A stretch of 64,000 bases of DNA from a bacterium (GTDB taxonomy: Bacteria; Bacillota; Clostridia; Oscillospirales; CAG-272), in assembly GCA_963628435.1 (NCBI GenBank), contig CAVGEY010000007.1, positions 12,831 through 76,830 on the forward strand, in the 5' to 3' direction. The stretch's first letter is position 1. Each line of letters begins with the position of its first letter. The translations under genes were made by a program, and so were the position numbers. The notes under the pieces were generated by a model. The model saw only the letters and a list, made by a program, of their open reading frames with translations. It made no database searches and was not told the DNA's origin. Of this stretch, positions 1 through 9,256 are shown in pieces.

Positions 1-1
1 C

Positions 2-835
2 ATGCTTTATGTAATGCGTACGCCGCCCTGCCTTGCAACCGGACTCGAAGAAAACGGCGAGCACGGCGTGTCGGGAAGCGTGTCGGGAACTCCCCTCTGG
101 AACGATAATATCGACAGCGAGGCTATTTCAAATGCCATGATTGCCTATCTGCGCACGCTTGAGCCCGTAGCATCGCCTTATCTGAACGATGACGGCAGCT
201 TGACCGACTCGGCAAAGCACGGAAAAGAACTGTTCGAAAGCTACGGATGCGCCGTCTGCCATCCCGCACCTCTTTATACCGACTTAAAACTCCATGAAAC
301 ACCGACACTCGAATTTGACGACTCGTGGGAAAATCGAGAGATGGATACACCGACACTTGTTGAGGTATGGCGCACCTCTCCGTGGACATATATCGGAAAA
401 TTTACCGATATGGAAGAAACGGTAAAATATTTCGTCACAAAATCGGGCAAAACAATATCGGATACGGATGCCGCCGATCTTGCCGAGTTCATTCTGTCAA
501 TCGGCTCGGAAGGTGAAATATACGGTGTCGAACAGGTGACGAACAGCGACGATACTTATAATAAACTCGTTGCGGGAAAACAGCTTAAATCGGTCTCGGT
601 TATCGGTCAGTCGGATGACTGCGGCAAGGTAACGGTTAAAGTCGAGCTGTTTGACAACGGCGGAAATCTCATCGGCGAGTCGTCGGCAACCGTTGAAAAA
701 GCCGCGAGAGCCGAAAGAGTTACCGCGATTTTGACGACTCCGATCGATGTCGGCGAAAATGCGGCATATTGTATCGTAAGCATAACCGACGGCAGCGGAA
801 ACGCCGCGGCGACTCCGCTGAAAATAACGAAATGA
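2..835 (+). CDS. 5'-truncated secreted protein with a di-haem cytochrome c peroxidase/MauG-like C-terminal haem domain plus a beta-sandwich tail
   Basis: ORF is open at the window edge. CxxCH motif CAVCH (nt 248-262) sits in GKELFESYGCAVCHPAPLYTD...DTPTLVEVWRTSPWTYIG, the pattern of the second haem domain of CCP/MauG proteins. Confidence 0.6.
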   Translation: MLYVMRTPPCLATGLEENGEHGVSGSVSGTPLWNDNIDSEAISNAMIAYLRTLEPVASPYLNDDGSLTDSAKHGKELFESYGCAVCHPAPLYTDLKLHETPTLEFDDSWENREMDTPTLVEVWRTSPWTYIGKFTDMEETVKYFVTKSGKTISDTDAADLAEFILSIGSEGEIYGVEQVTNSDDTYNKLVAGKQLKSVSVIGQSDDCGKVTVKVELFDNGGNLIGESSATVEKAARAERVTAILTTPIDVGENAAYCIVSITDGSGNAAATPLKITK

Positions 836-856
836 TAAGAAAGGCAGGAAAATATC

Positions 857-3800
857 ATGAAAAATGATTTCAAAAAGGGCGTATTTTTCAGAATAGCGAT
901 TATAGCCGCCGTTCTCGGGACACTTGTAGCCGCGCTCTGTATCGGCCTGCCGATTTCGGCGAGTGATACGTTTGAAAACTCCGAGCTTCTCGAACACATG
1001 ATGGACTGCGCCACGAGCTATATAGTCGTCTACCATAAACAGCTCGGCGGTTCTCATTACGCGTATACCGAAGGACTTGCCGAAGAGTATAACAGCGGAA
1101 ACCAGAGTGCGGACGGAAACGAATCGACATTCAGACCGGGATCGAAAATGACGCTCCTGACTCTTACGAACGCGGACGGAAAAGTCGTTAAGGAAGAAAA
1201 AACACTCGTAAACTGCAAAAAAGGTGTAATCCGCGATCCCGATGTGTCAAAAGACGGCACAAAGGTCGTTTATTCGATGAAGTCAAACGAAAATGACGAC
1301 TATCATCTTTATGTGTACGATCTCACGACAGATGAAAATAAACAGCTTACATTCGGTAACGGTCAGGCCGACATAGAGCCCGTTTTCACCTCGGACGGAA
1401 GCATAATTTTCAATTCCACGCGTGATACACAGACGGTCGACTGCTGGATTACTCCCGTCTCGAATATGTATAAATGCGATGCCGACGGAAACAATATTAT
1501 AAGACTCGGCTATGATCAGGTGCATACCACATATCCGACAACTGCGGAAGACGGCAGAGTAATCTATACGCGCTGGGACTATAACGACAGAAACCAGATG
1601 TATGTTCAGTCTGTTTTCCAGATGTTCGAAGACGGAACGGGTCAGACCGAACTTTTCGGAAACGACTCGAATAACCCGACAACACTTCTGCATACAAGAG
1701 AGATTCCCGGTGCAACCGGCAAATATGTTGCGATAGTCTGCGGACACCATATCTATCAGTGCGGAAAGCTTGCCATAATCGACACGAATGAGGGCCGAAA
1801 CGGCAAAGAATGCATCAGCTACGTCAGATCGGATAAGTATACCAAATCCATTCAGGCGTCCGAAAGCAACGATACCGCCTACTATCAGGAGGGCAGAGTA
1901 TATAAATATCCGTACCCCATAAGCGAAACCGAATTTCTCGTATCAACCTGCAAACAGTACAGCGGATCGGATACGGAATTTGACATCGTGCTTATGAATA
2001 CAAGCGGCGAATCTGTAACCATCGCCGAGGGATCAAGTTCGATGCCCGCAAGCCAGATAGTCCCGATAAAGACGACATCACGCTTCAACCGCGCATCGTC
2101 GGTCGATTATTCGGAAAGCACCGGAACATACTATGTCGCAAACGTATACGAGGGACAGAGCAAAATCGAAAAGGGAAGCGTAAAATATCTGCGCGTGGTC
2201 GGCCTTGAATTCCGCTCGTCGGCAATCGGCGCGACAGTCGGCAGAGGAACTGGATCCTCCGACCCCTACTCACCGATTTCAACCGGAAACGGAGCATGGG
2301 ATGTCAAGCGGGTTCTCGGTATCGTTCCCGTCTGTGAAGACGGCTCGGTACTGTTTACCGTACCGTCGGAAACGCCCGTATATTTCCAGCTTCTCGATGA
2401 AAACGGCGATGTTGTCCAGACCATGCGAAGCTGGTCAACACTTCAGCCGGGAGAATATTTCTCGTGCATAGGCTGTCATCTTGATAAAAACTATGCGCCG
2501 ACCGCAGCTTCCACACCGACACAGGCAATGCTTGAGGGCGTGAAAACGCTCGAACCCGATTTGTGGATGGCGGACTGTGAGGAATACGAAGACTATGATC
2601 CGTATTCGAAAAATTATATCGGTTTCGACTACCTTTCGGTAGTACAGCCGATACTCGACAAAAACTGCATATCCTGCCACGGCGATACCGAGACGGCTTA
2701 TGATGAAATTAACGCCGGAATACTCGGCAGCGATGACAATACCGCCGCCATGTATCTTGTGACCGACCGCGATAAATGGTATTATACCTCATCGAAGGTT
2801 GAGGGCGGCTGGAAAACAGACAAAATCAATGAAAACTGGACTCTCGCGTCTGCACCGTTCGGTAAATCGGGTACTGCTCCCGACTCAATAAATACACGTG
2901 TGTCGTCGGACAGCTTCAGCCTGCGTAAGACGGTAACCTGTACGCAATATGACATAAACAGCTGTAATATCGCTCTGAAACTTGCCTATACCGGTAAGAT
3001 AGAGATATTTGTAAACGGCAAATCGGTATATTCGGGAACACGTTCGATGTCGTCTTATGAAGAAATCTCTTTGAGCAATGCTGCGGGAGCATTCAGAGTC
3101 GGCGAAAACGAAATTGCGGTCAGCGTAACAGGCAATGATGACGGAATGTTCTTCGATTGCGCGGTTCTGACCAAACCCGCAGGCGGCAACGGCGGAGACG
3201 CCAAGACGACAAACCTCTTCTCTACGAGGTCGGAATGGAAATACTACACTGCGGCAAGCGAAAAATACTCAACTTCAAGCGCAGACAGCTGGACAAAGAC
3301 GGGATTTGACGATTCATCGTGGAAATCGGGTAAAACGCCCTTCGGTAACCGACTTCAGGGGCAGACGACCGACTGGACATACGACGGCAAAAACTATCTT
3401 TGGGCAAGAAAGACCTTCACCGTAAATAAGCTGAGCGATCTCGGCGAGAACTTCGCGATTTATCTTGACACCTACTATGACGACACCTGCTATATATATA
3501 TTAACGGCGTACAGGTGCTTGCCGATACGCAGTGGACCGATGACTATGTAAAAATCAAAGTATCGGTTCCGAGCGGAACAATCAGGGAAGGCGAAAATGT
3601 TATCGCGGTAAGCCTGCATCAGCATGTCGGCGGATATGAGTTCGATCTCGGACTTTACGCGGTCGAAACAAGCGCCGAATCGGCAATATCGCTCGAATCG
3701 GTAAATGTTCTCGCTGACAGAATGAAAAAATACTTCCCGATGTCCTATCTTGTTCTCACTCAGTCTAAGGCGGAGAAAAACGGAAGCGTTTATCAGTGGG

Positions 3801-4921
3801 TGGCAAATGCGACAAATAAGTATACGAACTGGGTATCTTCGATGAGCCAGTGCGAAATGCTCAGTCCCTATCAGTACGGCGCTCATAAATCGGCGCTGAT
3901 AAGCCGACTGCGCAGCGGACACGGCGGACTTACCGACAGCGAAATACGCGCGATTGCCTGCTGGATTGACCTCGGCGTTCCGTGCTACGGAAGTTATGAT
4001 TCGAATACCTATTGGAGCTCGAACGACCGCCGCGAATATGACGAGGAACTCAATAAGCGCAATTATTACGATATGCTCGATAAAGCCGCAAAGCAGAGCA
4101 TTTCGGGCGAACTCTCGGATAAAGAACTTACCGTTACGTATAAACCGTCAACAGGTAAATCGGTATCGGCTACCGGCAAGGGCATTGTCACACTTTCAAC
4201 CTCAAAGGTATATAAGCAGGGAGATAAGATAACGGTTAAACTGCCCGAGGGCGAGCATTATGTCGCAATATGTCTCAGCTCGCGTGTCGGCGAAACGATA
4301 ATCTATTGCCCCGATTCCGAGCTTACGATAACCCTGCCGTCGCTCGACAACTGTTATCCGAATACATTCAAGCCTTCACTCGGTGTTACATATTCGTCAA
4401 ATAATATAACCGCGAGAATAGTCGGAGAGGATGAACTCTCAAACGTGCATAATCTCGCGAAGAATCAGTATGATACTGCCGCGGCGACAAATGTATACCC
4501 GCACGCAACCTCCTCCGAGGTAAAGGACGGCAAAGATTATTATTCCGCACGCAATGTTATTGACGGATTCTGCTCGAACGAGGGATCGGGAAAATATCCG
4601 AATCAATCATGGCAGCCTAAAACGGTTGATGAAAATACCGAACTCACAATAGATTTCGGACGGACCGTAACAGTCTGCGAACTGCAGATTATACTGCGCG
4701 ATGCCGATGCCGATACGCATTTCTCCGATTGCCTCGTCACATTCTCGGACGGCAGCTCGAAGAGAATTCTGCTCGGCGACAGTGACTCCGTAATTACGGT
4801 CGAAATCGGAAACGTTGAGACCACCTCGCTGAAATTCTCGGATTTCCATTCGGGAAACAGCGAAAAATCGGCGGCAATTACCGAAATCAAGGTTATGGGT
4901 ACCGAAACAAAAGCAAAATAA
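857..4921 (+). CDS. Large (1354 aa) secreted multidomain protein: TolB/PD40-like propeller, two CxxCH motifs, two jelly-roll carbohydrate-binding-like repeats, C-terminal F5/8 type C (discoidin)-like domain
   Basis: N-terminal anchor FFRIAIIAAVLGTLVAALCIGL. PD40-like strings DVSKDGTKVVYSM and FTSDGSIIFNSTRD. CIGCH (2465-2479) and CISCH (2666-2680). Repeated W..G..PFG motifs. Discoidin-like tail NVIDGF...ELTIDFGRTVTVCELQI. Hairpin terminator follows. Confidence 0.75.
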   Translation: MKNDFKKGVFFRIAIIAAVLGTLVAALCIGLPISASDTFENSELLEHMMDCATSYIVVYHKQLGGSHYAYTEGLAEEYNSGNQSADGNESTFRPGSKMTLLTLTNADGKVVKEEKTLVNCKKGVIRDPDVSKDGTKVVYSMKSNENDDYHLYVYDLTTDENKQLTFGNGQADIEPVFTSDGSIIFNSTRDTQTVDCWITPVSNMYKCDADGNNIIRLGYDQVHTTYPTTAEDGRVIYTRWDYNDRNQMYVQSVFQMFEDGTGQTELFGNDSNNPTTLLHTREIPGATGKYVAIVCGHHIYQCGKLAIIDTNEGRNGKECISYVRSDKYTKSIQASESNDTAYYQEGRVYKYPYPISETEFLVSTCKQYSGSDTEFDIVLMNTSGESVTIAEGSSSMPASQIVPIKTTSRFNRASSVDYSESTGTYYVANVYEGQSKIEKGSVKYLRVVGLEFRSSAIGATVGRGTGSSDPYSPISTGNGAWDVKRVLGIVPVCEDGSVLFTVPSETPVYFQLLDENGDVVQTMRSWSTLQPGEYFSCIGCHLDKNYAPTAASTPTQAMLEGVKTLEPDLWMADCEEYEDYDPYSKNYIGFDYLSVVQPILDKNCISCHGDTETAYDEINAGILGSDDNTAAMYLVTDRDKWYYTSSKVEGGWKTDKINENWTLASAPFGKSGTAPDSINTRVSSDSFSLRKTVTCTQYDINSCNIALKLAYTGKIEIFVNGKSVYSGTRSMSSYEEISLSNAAGAFRVGENEIAVSVTGNDDGMFFDCAVLTKPAGGNGGDAKTTNLFSTRSEWKYYTAASEKYSTSSADSWTKTGFDDSSWKSGKTPFGNRLQGQTTDWTYDGKNYLWARKTFTVNKLSDLGENFAIYLDTYYDDTCYIYINGVQVLADTQWTDDYVKIKVSVPSGTIREGENVIAVSLHQHVGGYEFDLGLYAVETSAESAISLESVNVLADRMKKYFPMSYLVLTQSKAEKNGSVYQWVANATNKYTNWVSSMSQCEMLSPYQYGAHKSALISRLRSGHGGLTDSEIRAIACWIDLGVPCYGSYDSNTYWSSNDRREYDEELNKRNYYDMLDKAAKQSISGELSDKELTVTYKPSTGKSVSATGKGIVTLSTSKVYKQGDKITVKLPEGEHYVAICLSSRVGETIIYCPDSELTITLPSLDNCYPNTFKPSLGVTYSSNNITARIVGEDELSNVHNLAKNQYDTAAATNVYPHATSSEVKDGKDYYSARNVIDGFCSNEGSGKYPNQSWQPKTVDENTELTIDFGRTVTVCELQIILRDADADTHFSDCLVTFSDGSSKRILLGDSDSVITVEIGNVETTSLKFSDFHSGNSEKSAAITEIKVMGTETKAK

Positions 4922-4933
4922 TTTAACACATCG

Positions 4934-4970
4934 GCGGGTCGGACATCAAAAGCTCCGACCCGCATTCTTT
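4934..4970 (+). terminator. Rho-independent terminator after the 1354-aa gene
   Basis: GCGGGTCGGA / TCCGACCCGC 10-bp stem followed by ATTCTTT. Confidence 0.7.
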
Positions 4971-4980
4971 ATATAAATGC

Positions 4981-5009
4981 TTGACAACATCGAAAAATAA
5001 TAGTAAAAT
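4981..5009 (+). promoter_or_regulatory. Sigma-A-type promoter for the GH25 gene
   Basis: TTGACA (4981-4986), 17 nt, TAAAAT (5004-5009). Confidence 0.65.
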
Positions 5010-5038
5010 AAAGAAAAGTTTTGAAGGAGGCGTAATCT

Positions 5039-7165
5039 ATGAGCAGAAAGATGATTGCGATGCTGGTTGCGGTAGCTGTTTTTCTGTCGGCGCTTGCGGC
5101 GTGGATAATAGCCGATGACGAAATCGGCGCCGATTCACTGCCGACGGTCAGCGAAGAAGAGTCGGGAATTACGGTTAAAAATTCGTACGCTTCCGATATA
5201 ACAAGAAGTCAGGCAACGATAAATCTTAAAATATCGAAAACATTCGTGACAAAATATATCCTGTATCTCGGAACATCCGAAGACAATCTCAAAGAATACA
5301 AAAGCGTACAGGTCGGTAAAAACATCTCGTCGGTCGAAATCACGGTTGACGGGCTGTCGGAGTATACAAGATATTATTACCGCTTCCATCTGATTCTTAC
5401 CGATAAAGAGGTTGTTCTGAACAGTTGGTCGTTTATCACCCCGAACAGCTACTTTAACGGCGCTTCGGGCGGAAAAAACGATGAGAATGTAACTTACGGC
5501 GTCGATGTCTCGTTCTGGTGTAAATCGTCGGATTTTGAAAAGGCGAAAGCGGACGGTATAGATTTCGTAATTATCCGCGCGGGATCGACCGGCAATAAAG
5601 ATCCGTATTTCGAAGAAAACTACGAAAGGGCCAAAGCCGCAGGGCTCAAGGTCGGCGCATATTACTATACATACGCGATGTCGGTTGAAGAAGCCGAAGC
5701 CGATGCCGAGGAATATCTCAGCTTTATCTGCGGAAAACAGTTTGATATGCCCGTCTACTGCGACATTGAAAATATCAAACAGCAGGCACTGCCACGGCAG
5801 GAGCTTACCGAAATGATGCTCTCGTTCTGCGAAAAGATAGCGGCATCCGGCTATTACGCAGGTGTTTACGCGAACAGAAACTGGTTCAATACACTTCTCA
5901 ACTATGATACGCTCGCACCCGTTTATGAACTGTGGATTGCGCAGTGGACATCCGACGGACAGCCGAGCGGCGATTACAGTGAAAAATACGGCGTATGGCA
6001 GTATTACGATAAGGGCAGTGTTGACGGTGTGCAGGGAAACGCCGATCTGAATGTCTGCTATAAAGATTACAGCTCGATAATCAACAATGAAGGAACGGTC
6101 CCGTATGATTTTATCGATTGGGACGGAACGGTAATCTGCACATATTATATGTACCCGGGAAGCAGGATATATACGCCCGCAAAACAGCCCGAAAAAGCGT
6201 CGGATGACGCTTTTTCTTACGAATTTGCCGGCTGGGACCGACTTGATGAAAATACGGTTGCATCCGAAAGCGGCGGCAGCTTTTCCGCAGTCTATACAAG
6301 TATCGCACATAACTATTCCGATTGGGAAGAAGTATGGCTGATGGAAAGAAAGAGAATCTGCGCCGACTGCGGATACGTTCAGAGTGAGATACTCGGCGAT
6401 CTCAGCTGCGGCGAAAATACGACATGGTATTATTCGGACGGTACACTCAAAATCAGCGGAAGCGGCAGCATAAAAAACGGCAGTTCGGCATCCGATTTCG
6501 GATGGAATATAATTGCCGATGAAATCACATCGGTGGAAATCGAAGAGGGAATTACCGAAATCGGCGATTATGCATTTTCGGAGCTCGGATCGCTGACAAG
6601 CGTAAAATTGCCGATGACACTTTCATCAATCGGAAATTACGCATTTGAGAATGATTCGGCACTCACCACATTGACGATTCCCGCAGCTGCGGAAACCGCC
6701 GCCGAAAACGCTTTTGACGGATGCACCTCGCTTCGAACGATAAAGGGATACGAAACCGGATTCGGCACAGCCGAGATGATTGCCGAAAAAAGCGGTGCAT
6801 CATATATCACCGCAAAAAAACTGCTCGCCTATTATAAACGCTATAACGGTATAAACTGGTATATATATACCGACGGAACGCTTGTTATTTCGGGAATAGG
6901 AAAAGTCGGCGACTCGCTTGCCGATGACCTCGACTCGTACAGCTCGATTATAATATGCGCTGAAATCGGCGCGGGCATAACCGAACTGCCCGACGAATTT
7001 CTCGCCGGCGCAAAAATTCTATGCAGTGTGAAATTTCTCGGAGAAACGCCTGTCAGCATAGGCAAATATGCATTTTCCGACTGCACAATGCTCACCGAAC
7101 TTGATGTACCGCGCGGCTCGAAATACGGACAGGGCGCATTTACCGGTACACCGATTGTTGAATAA
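5039..7165 (+). CDS. Secreted GH25 lysozyme (muramidase) with an N-terminal FN3-like domain and C-terminal BspA-type leucine-rich repeats
   Basis: SD GAAGGAGG 8 nt upstream. Signal/anchor MIAMLVAVAVFLSALAAWIIA. GH25 core YGVDVSFW...DGIDFVIIRAGS...VGAYYYTY...PVYCDIEN...WIAQW. LRR units ITEIGDYAFSELGSLTSVKLP and SIGNYAFENDSALTTLTIP. Confidence 0.85.
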   Translation: MSRKMIAMLVAVAVFLSALAAWIIADDEIGADSLPTVSEEESGITVKNSYASDITRSQATINLKISKTFVTKYILYLGTSEDNLKEYKSVQVGKNISSVEITVDGLSEYTRYYYRFHLILTDKEVVLNSWSFITPNSYFNGASGGKNDENVTYGVDVSFWCKSSDFEKAKADGIDFVIIRAGSTGNKDPYFEENYERAKAAGLKVGAYYYTYAMSVEEAEADAEEYLSFICGKQFDMPVYCDIENIKQQALPRQELTEMMLSFCEKIAASGYYAGVYANRNWFNTLLNYDTLAPVYELWIAQWTSDGQPSGDYSEKYGVWQYYDKGSVDGVQGNADLNVCYKDYSSIINNEGTVPYDFIDWDGTVICTYYMYPGSRIYTPAKQPEKASDDAFSYEFAGWDRLDENTVASESGGSFSAVYTSIAHNYSDWEEVWLMERKRICADCGYVQSEILGDLSCGENTTWYYSDGTLKISGSGSIKNGSSASDFGWNIIADEITSVEIEEGITEIGDYAFSELGSLTSVKLPMTLSSIGNYAFENDSALTTLTIPAAAETAAENAFDGCTSLRTIKGYETGFGTAEMIAEKSGASYITAKKLLAYYKRYNGINWYIYTDGTLVISGIGKVGDSLADDLDSYSSIIICAEIGAGITELPDEFLAGAKILCSVKFLGETPVSIGKYAFSDCTMLTELDVPRGSKYGQGAFTGTPIVE

Positions 7166-7171
7166 AACATA

Positions 7172-7221
7172 AAAAATCAAGAGCGTAAGACCGAATTTTC
7201 GGTTTTACGCTCTTGATTTTT
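7172..7221. terminator. Bidirectional terminator between convergent genes
   Basis: A ~20-bp stem (AAAAATCAAGAGCGTAAGACCGAA / TTCGGTTTTACGCTCTTGATTTTT) flanked by A- and T-runs. Confidence 0.8.
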
Positions 7222-7225
7222 ACTT

Positions 7226-9145
7226 TTATGTGTTTCTTGAAACCCAAAGATATGCAAGATACGGTATGTCTTTCGTGCGTGCCCATATATTGTCAAAATC
7301 TCGGAGCATCAGCGGAGTAGATGCCGTTCCGAACTCGACCGTGACCGACGGTATGCCGATTTTTATGCACCAGTCTTTAAGGCCGGCAGTGCTTGTACTC
7401 GACTGTGGTGCGATTACATATCCCGATCTGCCTGCGATATATCTCGCAATTTTATTGCTCTTGTCGTTGGTTTCCGTATATTTCTTATATGACGCGTAGA
7501 TGTATGAGCCGGTGGTGTGATAGGAGAGCACGGTATCGAAATTCTCCGAGCGGATGTAGTCGGCAACAGCTCTGGATTCGGATGCGGATTCGGGCGCTGT
7601 TCCCTTATAGCTCATATATGACGGCTCCTTTTTTGAGCCGTATGCTCCGCCGTAGCTTTCCCAATCGGCATCGAAATTCGCGTTCAGATCAACGCCTTTG
7701 GCATTTGCCTTCCATTTAGCGGCGTACGATGAGCCGTATCTTTTCTTGAACTCGTCGGGGATTTTACCCGATGTGACGATATACGCGCCGTCGGGATTTG
7801 TAAACGGAAGAAAACAGATGCAGACATCATCAAGCATCTGCGAAATGGTAACCTCACCGATTGATGATATCGTATCGCCGTGCGAAAGCAGGTATTCTAT
7901 CTGCGCCATAGCAAGGGCTGCCGTCATATATTCTCTGGCATGGATTGCCGCCGAGATGAAAATACGGTTTTCCGAGTTTGGATTGCCGACTACCGCAACG
8001 GTCATGTCTCTGCCTTCCTCGCTTTTACCGATTGATTTAAGACTGATTTTATCGGGGTAAAGACTCACAAGTTCGGCAAGATCTTCCTGCATCTCATAAT
8101 AATCGTAATCTTCGGATACATTGACAACCGAAAGATCGCTTTTGTACCCGTTTTCGTCCGACTGTACGACATAAGCCGCAAGCGCATAACCGTAAACGCC
8201 TTTGTATTCACAGTAAGCGAATTTTTCGGTGAAAAACATTACTTTTACCTTTTCGCCTTTTGCAACCCCGATAACCGAATCAGAATCGGTTGACGGCTCT
8301 TTTCGAAGCGATATGGATTTGTTGCAGTCGACAATCCAGCTTTCGCATTCGCGTACACCGTTTTCGTCAACCGTGGTTGTCGCGGCGAGCGGATACTCAT
8401 CACTGTCGGCATAATTGTACCATTCGTCATCGAGATATCTTACCATACCCGCCTGCAGCATCGCATCATCGATAATCTGCGCATTCTTTTTTGCCTCGGC
8501 GGTCGCATTGCCCGAATTTCTTTCTCTGTTCTCGCCGAAGAAATCGGATGGAAGTTCAATTTGGCTGCCGTCCGATTTTACTGCCGAAACCGATACCGCA
8601 TCGGCATTGTTGAATCGAAGATATTTTCCGGCCGTCGGCGTTGTCATGCATTCCGGCTGCGTGCGGTAAAGCGATAACTGCGCTTCAAGCGGACGGAATG
8701 CGTCCCAAATAACGAGTTTCAACCCCTTCTCGGCGAGAAGCTCTGCGGCATATTCGAGTTTTTTTACGGTGCCGTATCTCAGATACGCATCCTTGAATTT
8801 GTATATCTGCGTTCCCGTGCTGTTGTTTGTGCTGCCGTAACGTATGTCTATTACGACGTCTTTGATATAATCGGCAACGCGGACAATTACATTGTCGGAT
8901 TCGGGCGGAACTGCGGGCTCCCAATTATCTGCGGTTGTTATGGTTGTTATCGGTTTCGGACGGTCGCCCGTATCTGTCGTTGAACTGTCGACATTTGATG
9001 AACTGCCGTCGGCTGTTACGATATTTTTTCGTGTTTCGACTTTCGAACTGCTTTCATATCCGTTCAGTTGACAGCCGGAAAGAAGGGAAGTCGCAAGAAT
9101 TGCCGATGCCAAAAGAAACGCGGTTGTATGTTTAATATTGTGCAT
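7226..9145 (-). CDS. Lipoprotein: VanX/M15D-like domain (metal ligands substituted) + SH3 + M14 zinc carboxypeptidase (gamma-D-Glu-mDAP peptidase-like)
   Basis: Lipobox LLSGC. IDIRYGSTNNSTG...VIWDAFRPLEAQ resembles D-Ala-D-Ala dipeptidases. SH3-like SLRKEPSTDSDSVIGVAKGEKVKV. M14 motifs AAIHAREYMT and LSYHTTGS. Confidence 0.8.
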   Translation of the reverse strand: MHNIKHTTAFLLASAILATSLLSGCQLNGYESSSKVETRKNIVTADGSSSNVDSSTTDTGDRPKPITTITTADNWEPAVPPESDNVIVRVADYIKDVVIDIRYGSTNNSTGTQIYKFKDAYLRYGTVKKLEYAAELLAEKGLKLVIWDAFRPLEAQLSLYRTQPECMTTPTAGKYLRFNNADAVSVSAVKSDGSQIELPSDFFGENRERNSGNATAEAKKNAQIIDDAMLQAGMVRYLDDEWYNYADSDEYPLAATTTVDENGVRECESWIVDCNKSISLRKEPSTDSDSVIGVAKGEKVKVMFFTEKFAYCEYKGVYGYALAAYVVQSDENGYKSDLSVVNVSEDYDYYEMQEDLAELVSLYPDKISLKSIGKSEEGRDMTVAVVGNPNSENRIFISAAIHAREYMTAALAMAQIEYLLSHGDTISSIGEVTISQMLDDVCICFLPFTNPDGAYIVTSGKIPDEFKKRYGSSYAAKWKANAKGVDLNANFDADWESYGGAYGSKKEPSYMSYKGTAPESASESRAVADYIRSENFDTVLSYHTTGSYIYASYKKYTETNDKSNKIARYIAGRSGYVIAPQSSTSTAGLKDWCIKIGIPSVTVEFGTASTPLMLRDFDNIWARTKDIPYLAYLWVSRNT

Positions 9146-9175
9146 TTAATCGTTGATCCTCCGCTGTCGGCTTAG

Positions 9176-9209
9176 TCAATAAGCCGTAAATATCAATAAG
9201 CCGTAAATA
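9176..9209. repeat. Exact 17-bp tandem duplication upstream of the peptidase lipoprotein gene
   Basis: TCAATAAGCCGTAAATA at 9176-9192 and 9193-9209. Small hairpin GGCTTA/TAAGCC at 9169-9185. Confidence 0.9.
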
Positions 9210-9256
9210 GTTATAATGTTCCGGCTGACATATAAAAAATGTCTGTTATCAAAAAA

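Noticed and set aside
5135-6310. A 391-aa ORF antisense to the GH25 gene. Similar long antisense ORFs occur at 29909-30709, 33469-34254, 37045-37770, 38346-39044, 49612-50415, 53987-55465, 57458-58417 and 59248-60330.
   Set aside because: Each lies fully inside a sense-strand gene that has clear family motifs. Their translations are low-complexity and Arg/Phe/Ile-rich, with no motif, SD or promoter. They look like shadow ORFs produced by codon bias, where few stop codons arise in the complementary frame.
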